DNA of 44,095 bases. Origin: Acidimicrobiales bacterium. Its GTDB lineage: Bacteria > Actinomycetota > Acidimicrobiia > Acidimicrobiales > RAAP-2. Where the stretch lies: NCBI GenBank assembly GCA_038323435.1, contig JBBQGY010000001.1:1-44095 (forward strand). Reading direction: 5' to 3'. The notes beneath the pieces were generated by a model that saw only the letters and a program-made list of their open reading frames with translations, made no database searches and had not been told where the DNA came from. Position 1 is the stretch's first letter; each line of letters starts with the position of its first letter. Of this stretch, positions 38,191 to 44,095 are shown one piece after another. The position numbers were made by a program, and so were the translations under genes.

Positions 38191-38356
38191 TCGTCCAGCG
38201 TAGGGTGGGGAGTCGTCGAAATGATTAAGGTGCGGTGAACTTCTTGGAGCAGCCCAAAAATACCTCCGGGGGACGTCCTCGAAACGGCGACGCTTTGTTT
38301 CGAGGTGACGGCCATACGTTTGGGATACGGGGGTTCTCAGTGTTGAATGGAGCGCA

Positions 38357-39367
38357 ATGCGCATAGGCAATCTCTACGGCCCCGACGCCACATTTCTGGG
38401 CGTGCCCGCGGCCGATCCACAGAACATTGGCGAGTGGTCGAGCGCCGGCGCGGTAATTATCGGAGCGCCGTTTGACGGGGGTACGTCGCACCGCCCGGGA
38501 TGTCGATTCGGACCGCAGGCGATTCGCACGACTGATTACTTGCCCCACGACGGCATGCGCCCGAGTCTCGCGCTCGGCGTTGATCCTCTCGTGGATCTCG
38601 GTGTGGTTGACCTCGGTGACGTCGAAATGCCGTCGGGCGATACCGAGACCTCGCTACAACGTCTGGAAGAAATGATCACGAAAGTGGCGGCCGCCGGCGT
38701 CATTCCAATCGTTCTCGGTGGCGACCACACCATTGCGCTACCCGACGTCAGCGGTGTGGCTCGACACGTGGGTTGGGGACGCGTGTCGGTTATCCACTTT
38801 GATGCGCACGCCGACACCGGCGATACTCAAATGGGTTCGCTCTACGGACACGGTACGCCAATGCGGCGACTCATTGAATCCGGTGCCTGCCGCGGCGATC
38901 GTTTCTTGCAGATTGGCCTGCGTGGATACTGGCCCGAGCCCGCGACCCTTGACTGGATGGCCGCCAAGGGAATGCGCTCATACGAGATGGGAGAGATTGT
39001 CGCGCGGGGACTCGACGACGTGCTGAGTGAGTCGCTGTCTATTGCCATGACCGATTGTGACGCAGTGTTCTTGTCGGTCGACGTTGACGTCGTTGATCCC
39101 GGCTCGGCCCCCGGCACCGGTACACCAGAACCCGGTGGACTGACGAGTCGCCAGCTGCTCGATGCCGTGCGACGCATTGCGATGGAAGTACCAATCGCGG
39201 GTGTCGACGTCGTGGAGGTGTCGCCCCCGTACGACCACGCCGAAATTACGGCGTACCTGGGTAATCGAATTGTCCTCGAGGCGCTCGGTGGTATTGCGTG
39301 GCGCCGCAAGACTGGTCGCGGCGAGACGGCGCGCAACCCGACGGACCCCCTCTTGGGGAATCGTTAA
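38357..39367 (+). CDS. speB: Agmatinase/guanidinobutyrase-type ureohydrolase
   Basis: GAPFDGGTS.RPG.RFGP.AIR, GGDHT, DAHAD, HGTP, SVDVDVVDP..APGTGTPEPGG, EVSPPYD; exact substrate not determinable from sequence. Confidence 0.85.
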   Translation: MRIGNLYGPDATFLGVPAADPQNIGEWSSAGAVIIGAPFDGGTSHRPGCRFGPQAIRTTDYLPHDGMRPSLALGVDPLVDLGVVDLGDVEMPSGDTETSLQRLEEMITKVAAAGVIPIVLGGDHTIALPDVSGVARHVGWGRVSVIHFDAHADTGDTQMGSLYGHGTPMRRLIESGACRGDRFLQIGLRGYWPEPATLDWMAAKGMRSYEMGEIVARGLDDVLSESLSIAMTDCDAVFLSVDVDVVDPGSAPGTGTPEPGGLTSRQLLDAVRRIAMEVPIAGVDVVEVSPPYDHAEITAYLGNRIVLEALGGIAWRRKTGRGETARNPTDPLLGNR

Positions 39368-40734
39368 CCCCGCATCGAATCGAGAATGTGGCGAACGAGA
39401 TCATCGGTCGTATTGGGGTGCAGGAAGGCCAGTCGCGCGACCGTCTCTCCCTCCCACTTCGTTGGGGTGACGAAGGCCACTTGATCTCGTAGCAACTGGT
39501 GACTCCACTTCGTGTACTGCTCGCCCGACCAGCCCTTTCGTCGAAAGAGGACGATCGAAAGCGAGGCCGGTCGAACCAACTCAACGTGGTCCATCGCGTT
39601 GATCATGTCGACCGTCCGGTGAGCGATGTCGATCGCCGCCTGCACCGCAGTCTCGTACGCCGTGATGCCATTGGTCACGAGGGAGAACCAGAAGGGAAGA
39701 CCGCGGGCCCGTCGCGAGAGGTGGATCGCAAAGTCTGAAGGATTCCACTCGTAGTGTTCGTCATCGGTGTCGTGCAAGATATCGAGATAACTGGCCTGCT
39801 GCGCCAGCACTTTTCGCGCAACGGTGGGGTTACGATAGATCAAGGCGCAACAGTCGAGCGGTGCGAAGAGCCACTTATGGGGATCGACAATGAAACTGTC
39901 GGCGTGGCGAATTCCTTCGAGGAGGTGGCGTTCGGTGGGAGAGAAGAGTGCGGCGCCACCGTAGGCGCCGTCAACGTGGAACCACAAGTCATGTTCGCGT
40001 GCGTAACTTCCCAGGCCTTCAAGGTCGTCGACGATGCCCGCGTTCGTGGTTCCTGAGGTCGCGACCACACCAATAACCGTTTCGGGGTGGGGATCGTTCA
40101 CGAGTGCCGCGGTGAGGTTCTCTCTCGTGAAGCGGTGGGCGACCGTGTCAACCACTAGCGGTTGAATACCGAGCACGTGGAGCGCTTTGCCGATACTCGA
40201 GTGCGCGTCGGCGGATATTGCGAAACGCATTTCGTGCAGTGCGAATTCGGGGTGTTTTGCGTGTCCCACGTCGCGCCCCACGGTCAGACTCGAGAGATTG
40301 CCGAGCGATCCACCCGACACGAAAGCACCGCCTGCACCGTCGGGCATGCCCGCCAGTTGGGCGAGAAAACTGAGTGCCTGATTTTCTGCCATGACCACGC
40401 CGCTTGATTCGAGCCAACTCGTGCCATTGAGCCCCGAGCACGCCACCATCATGTCGAACAGCAAGGAGTTTTTAGTGGGCGCGTTGGGGATGAAGGCCAG
40501 AAACCCGGGTGAATCAATGGAGACCACGGCCGGCGCGAGTGCATCAGTGAAAAAGTTAAATATCTCGTCGGGGTCGTGACCCTCGGGACGAATGAAGTCG
40601 ATCATGCTGGGCGGGTCGATCGGATGAAGGCTTCCAAAATCGAGTGGTACTGGATCCATCGACAACCGGTCTCGGCAGTAGTCGAAGACCTCGTTGGCGA
40701 GTTCGGCGTTGTAGTCAAACATCTGGTGCCCCAT
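39364..40734 (-). CDS. Group II PLP-dependent amino acid decarboxylase
   Basis: G.FVSGGS.GNL, AHSS, GTTNAG..DDL, W.HVDGAYGGA, DS...DPHKWLF.P.DC, LSRRARGL. Confidence 0.9.
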   Translation of the reverse strand: MGHQMFDYNAELANEVFDYCRDRLSMDPVPLDFGSLHPIDPPSMIDFIRPEGHDPDEIFNFFTDALAPAVVSIDSPGFLAFIPNAPTKNSLLFDMMVACSGLNGTSWLESSGVVMAENQALSFLAQLAGMPDGAGGAFVSGGSLGNLSSLTVGRDVGHAKHPEFALHEMRFAISADAHSSIGKALHVLGIQPLVVDTVAHRFTRENLTAALVNDPHPETVIGVVATSGTTNAGIVDDLEGLGSYAREHDLWFHVDGAYGGAALFSPTERHLLEGIRHADSFIVDPHKWLFAPLDCCALIYRNPTVARKVLAQQASYLDILHDTDDEHYEWNPSDFAIHLSRRARGLPFWFSLVTNGITAYETAVQAAIDIAHRTVDMINAMDHVELVRPASLSIVLFRRKGWSGEQYTKWSHQLLRDQVAFVTPTKWEGETVARLAFLHPNTTDDLVRHILDSMRG

Positions 40735-40838
40735 TGCACGGCCTTTCGAAATTGGTCCCTGTCTATCGTACGCACTCAGGCGTTGCGGGTCTCACTGACG
40801 AGGTGAATGCGTCAATTGAAGGGAAGTATCATCGCTTG

Positions 40839-41750
40839 ATGGCATCAGCGCGCGTCGGCTACTTAGGTCCGGAGGGATCTTTTTCGCACGAAGCCGTATC
40901 GACAATGGATGCCATCGAAGCGATTGCGTGTGATTCGCTCTCGGACTTACTGGCCGCCGTGGCGGACGGCACGCTGGATCAAGGTCTCGTGCCACTCGAG
41001 AACGCCATAGAAGGTACGGTGTCGGCGACCATTGACGGGCTCGTGTTCGACCACGACCTGGTCATCGAACAAGAGATTGTCATTCCCATTCGACTCCACC
41101 TATTGACTCGACGAGGCGCAACGCTGGGCGACGTCAAGGTTGTCCGTAGCCACGTGCACGCCCTCGCCCAATGTCGTACGCACCTTCACACGCTGGGCGT
41201 GACCGTCGAACAGACAGCGTCGACATCGCAAGCGGCACGTGAAGTCGCAGATTCTGATGAGCCGTGGGCCGCGGTCGCGTCGTCATTGGCGGCCCGACTC
41301 TTCGGGCTCGACGTACTCGCGTCGGACATCGAGGACCATCCGGGCAACGCCACGCGATTCGTCGTCGTTGGCCGCGAAGCTGTGGCGACCCCCACCGGAC
41401 ACGACCGAACGACGATCGTCTGTTTTCAAGACGCCGACCGTCCGGGTTCGCTGTACGGAATCCTCGGCCGATTCGCTGCGCGTGATATCAACCTCACCAA
41501 ACTAGAGAGTCGTCCCACGAAGCGAGGTCTTGGTGACTACTGTTTTGTGATTGAGTTTGAGGGCCACGTCGCCGACGACGTGGTGGCGGACTGTTTGGCC
41601 GATCTGCAGGCACACCTCACGCGAGTGAAGTTCCTTGGTTCGTACCCCGTGACCGGCGAGGACGCAACTGATCGACGTGACGAAGTAGTCGCAGCTCGAA
41701 AATCGGCCGCCGAGTGGATTGAAGGAATTCGCTCGCGAATTCGTAAATAG
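40839..41750 (+). CDS. pheA: Prephenate dehydratase
   Basis: GYLGPEGSFS, VPLENAIEG, SH.HALAQC, N.TRFVVV, ACT domain DRPGSL..IL..F..R.INLTKLESRP, FLGSYP; ATG 40839. Confidence 0.95.
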   Translation: MASARVGYLGPEGSFSHEAVSTMDAIEAIACDSLSDLLAAVADGTLDQGLVPLENAIEGTVSATIDGLVFDHDLVIEQEIVIPIRLHLLTRRGATLGDVKVVRSHVHALAQCRTHLHTLGVTVEQTASTSQAAREVADSDEPWAAVASSLAARLFGLDVLASDIEDHPGNATRFVVVGREAVATPTGHDRTTIVCFQDADRPGSLYGILGRFAARDINLTKLESRPTKRGLGDYCFVIEFEGHVADDVVADCLADLQAHLTRVKFLGSYPVTGEDATDRRDEVVAARKSAAEWIEGIRSRIRK

Positions 41751-41829
41751 TTGTCCGAGTACCTCTCGCAGAGCTCACTGCGAACGTCTCGCTACAACCA
41801 CGATTTGGTCGGGGCGGTACCTTGGACGA

Positions 41830-42033
41830 ATGGCCTACGAATACACGATGAAATACATTCCCGTGAAGAAGAAGGGTTGGCAAGAACTGGGGGAGTCATT
41901 ACGTGATCTTCCGGCGGAAGGCTGGGAACTCTTTATGGCAGTTCCGGTCACCCAAGCGAGTGTCATCTGGTTTGGAAACTCGGGCGGAAGAACTACCGCC
42001 ATTGTTCACTATTTCCGACGGCCAAAACTCTGA
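41830..42033 (+). CDS. Small hypothetical protein, DUF4177-like
   Basis: YEY...L..L..EGWEL...YFRRP pattern; leaderless-type TACCTT-N6-ATG. Confidence 0.65.
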   Translation: MAYEYTMKYIPVKKKGWQELGESLRDLPAEGWELFMAVPVTQASVIWFGNSGGRTTAIVHYFRRPKL

Positions 42034-42083
42034 GAGAGATTAACCACTGCCTTCATCCGGCGGATATTCATTAGTGTTTGTCC

Positions 42084-42797
42084 ATGATGGGAATTCGAAA
42101 TCGCGATGCTGATCTTGCGCTTTCACGCATTTGGTTCGAGGGAATCGTCACAGGACTTATCGCCGTTGGTGCAATTATCGCAAAAGTAAATGTCGAGCGA
42201 ATCCACGGTTGGACGTACCATTCGGGACTGGTCACTTGGATGGCGCTCGTAGTATTCCTTCTCACCGCTATCTATGCCGTCGGTCGGATTTCAGACGGAC
42301 TGGCGCTCTTAATCGCCCACCGGTCGTCGACTGCAAATGGGGCAGTGGCGCGGCTGCTCACCACCGGCACCGGTTACGTCGTCATCCTCTTCTCCGTGTT
42401 CGGACTTCTCGGTGGCTCCCTCCCGCACCTGCTGCTGGGCTTTGGAATCGCGGGTGTCGTACTGGGCATTGCGGCCCAACAGAGCCTAGGCAATATATTC
42501 GCGTCGTTGGTGCTGTTGTTTGCGAGACCATTCATCGTGGGTGACTACATTCGAATTCGTTCCGGTTCCATAGGAGTAGTTGACGCACGAGTGCTCGGCA
42601 TTGGCCTTACGTACGTAACAGTGCGTACTGACGATGGACTATTGAAGGTACCAAATTCCATAATGCTCGCCTCGGGGATTGGCCAACTGAATACATCGTC
42701 TAAGCCGCCAATGTCCACTGAACGCCAGGTACGAAACCAGGGCCAGGGCGAATCTCAGGGTCAGGGTCACGCCGACGGGGAACCGCTAGGTGACTAA
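42084..42797 (+). CDS. mscS: Small-conductance mechanosensitive channel family protein
   Basis: TMs then GVVLGIAAQQSLGNIFA..VLL..RPF.VGD.I, G..Y....T.DG...VPNS; short, lacks the distal C-terminal domain. Confidence 0.85.
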   Translation: MMGIRNRDADLALSRIWFEGIVTGLIAVGAIIAKVNVERIHGWTYHSGLVTWMALVVFLLTAIYAVGRISDGLALLIAHRSSTANGAVARLLTTGTGYVVILFSVFGLLGGSLPHLLLGFGIAGVVLGIAAQQSLGNIFASLVLLFARPFIVGDYIRIRSGSIGVVDARVLGIGLTYVTVRTDDGLLKVPNSIMLASGIGQLNTSSKPPMSTERQVRNQGQGESQGQGHADGEPLGD

Positions 42798-42856
42798 TCG
42801 TGACGCTATGACTAGCGTGCCACCAGTTCCTTCGGAAGTACTTAGCGAATGCAGCG

Positions 42857-43342
42857 TTGCCTGGTGACGAAATGGTGCGCCACTCAGTGACAACGCGAAG
42901 CGACATTGTTTTCTCGACAGAACGGTCGAATGCGATTGGCGCAGTTGAACGCACCGCGTCGGGGCGTGGATGGTGCAACGTCACTCCGGTTGTGGTGGAG
43001 GATGTCCCCGACCTCAAAGTCAATTTTTTTGGTCTGTGGGTAATCCGGGGCGTAGCGGTGGCATCCTTTGTTCCGTCCGCCCCGCGCCACGGCATTGATC
43101 AGCCTTCGTCGCTAGGTCTCTTGCACTCGCGAGGACGACTTGGTGTCGAGCGAATCAATGAACTATTGGCCGGTGCACCCTACGTCGTTCGCCAAGATCA
43201 CAGCCAACGTGGCCTATTACTGGACGTGCCGGCGAGTGATTCGGCGGAACGAGTGCTTTCGGTGATGTGCACCATTACTGGCGCGCTGTGTGATTACGAA
43301 TCGACGGGCGATTGGCGTCTCGCCCTCTACATGCTCAATTGA
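42857..43342 (+). CDS. Hypothetical protein
   Basis: 161-aa ORF filling the gap; no recognised motif; start uncertain (TTG 42857 or ATG 42872). Confidence 0.6.
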   Translation: MPGDEMVRHSVTTRSDIVFSTERSNAIGAVERTASGRGWCNVTPVVVEDVPDLKVNFFGLWVIRGVAVASFVPSAPRHGIDQPSSLGLLHSRGRLGVERINELLAGAPYVVRQDHSQRGLLLDVPASDSAERVLSVMCTITGALCDYESTGDWRLALYMLN

Positions 43343-43369
43343 GCGAATCGATACTGCTTCGTGATGTGG

Positions 43370-44095
43370 TCAACGGGCAGTCCAGCGAGTTGGTGCCGAT
43401 TCACTGAAGGCCGATTCAGCGATATTGGCCAACACGCTCCGATCAAACTCTTCTTCGTCCGCGTCATCGAAACTGGGATTGGCGAGCATTAAAATGACTC
43501 GGTGGTCGTCGATGAAAACGGCGGGGCCGTCCTTTGAATTTGCAGTTGTGAGTTCGCCAACATCAAATTCCGCCTCCAACTCTGCTGCAAATACTTTGAA
43601 CGACGCGCCGCCGTCACGCGAATCCGCGAAGAAACTCAAACATCCAGTGGTCGGAAGGAACGACCCGGGGATCGTCAAACCGAACAACATTGCAGCCAAC
43701 TGGTCCTGGACGAGGTGACTCGTGATGACGGTGCTAGTGGCGTCAAGTCGATCGGCGGTGCTGACCGCGAGTTGAGCAACATTGGACTTCGGTCGAAATG
43801 TGAGGAATTCATCTGGTCTGCGTGCCGTGTAGCCGCTACTGAGACCCGCGGACGAAGGGTCTCGAAAGACCAGCGTTTCCACAAAACCCGTACCGTAGGT
43901 CGTCGTCACGTCGGCAATTCGACAGTCCGCGAGTGACTCGACTCGACTCATCGACTCGAAAGCGATTTCGAAACGCGACGTGGCCGCCGGAGCAGCGATG
44001 TCAGCAAATATTTCTGCGAGGGCGTTGACGTCACGCCCCAAGGAATCTGCGATGAACAGGACCGTCTTCAGCCAGGAGTCCCACGCGACGTCATT
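43370..44095 (-). CDS. Hypothetical protein, 5' truncated by window
   Basis: Frame of the 223-aa ORF stays open to the window end (NDVAWDSWLKTVLFIADSLGRDV...); no recognised motif. Confidence 0.65.
   Translation of the reverse strand, partial: NDVAWDSWLKTVLFIADSLGRDVNALAEIFADIAAPAATSRFEIAFESMSRVESLADCRIADVTTTYGTGFVETLVFRDPSSAGLSSGYTARRPDEFLTFRPKSNVAQLAVSTADRLDATSTVITSHLVQDQLAAMLFGLTIPGSFLPTTGCLSFFADSRDGGASFKVFAAELEAEFDVGELTTANSKDGPAVFIDDHRVILMLANPSFDDADEEEFDRSVLANIAESAFSESAPTRWTAR

Noticed and set aside
38220-38356. Guanidine riboswitch upstream of the ureohydrolase
   Set aside because: No twin ACGR-loop hairpins and no guanidine-I or -III consensus visible.

Overview
GC-rich actinobacterial chromosome segment, most likely Acidimicrobiia (inferred from gene content and order). 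Left part (1-12.9 kb) is core genome: clpC(partial)-radA-carD-ispD-ispF-rlmB, a repeat/OmpA-like surface protein next to tRNA-Thr(UGU), lytR_C, gpgS, a SAM riboswitch driving a threonine-synthase-like gene plus a MoaD/ThiS sulfur carrier, CIRCE-groEL, hemQ and a NUDIX hydrolase. The middle (about 12.9-38 kb) is a strip of short, mostly stand-alone detox/stress genes: six GNATs, four VOC/PhnB, two MDMPI, ABM, pirin, GT1, HicAB, amidase, ClC and SPFH/NfeD. It also holds cysK-cysE, a homospermidine synthase and several gene-end scars. The right end has a ureohydrolase, a PLP decarboxylase, pheA, mscS and orphan ORFs. No integrase, transposase or CRISPR array was seen. Best leads: (i) the SAM-regulated ThrC-like/sulfur-carrier pair (carrier-bound homocysteine route), (ii) homospermidine synthase with other possible polyamine genes, and (iii) pervasive leaderless gene starts plus duplicated gene ends suggesting cassette-like turnover. 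All calls are by eye; no database searches were run.
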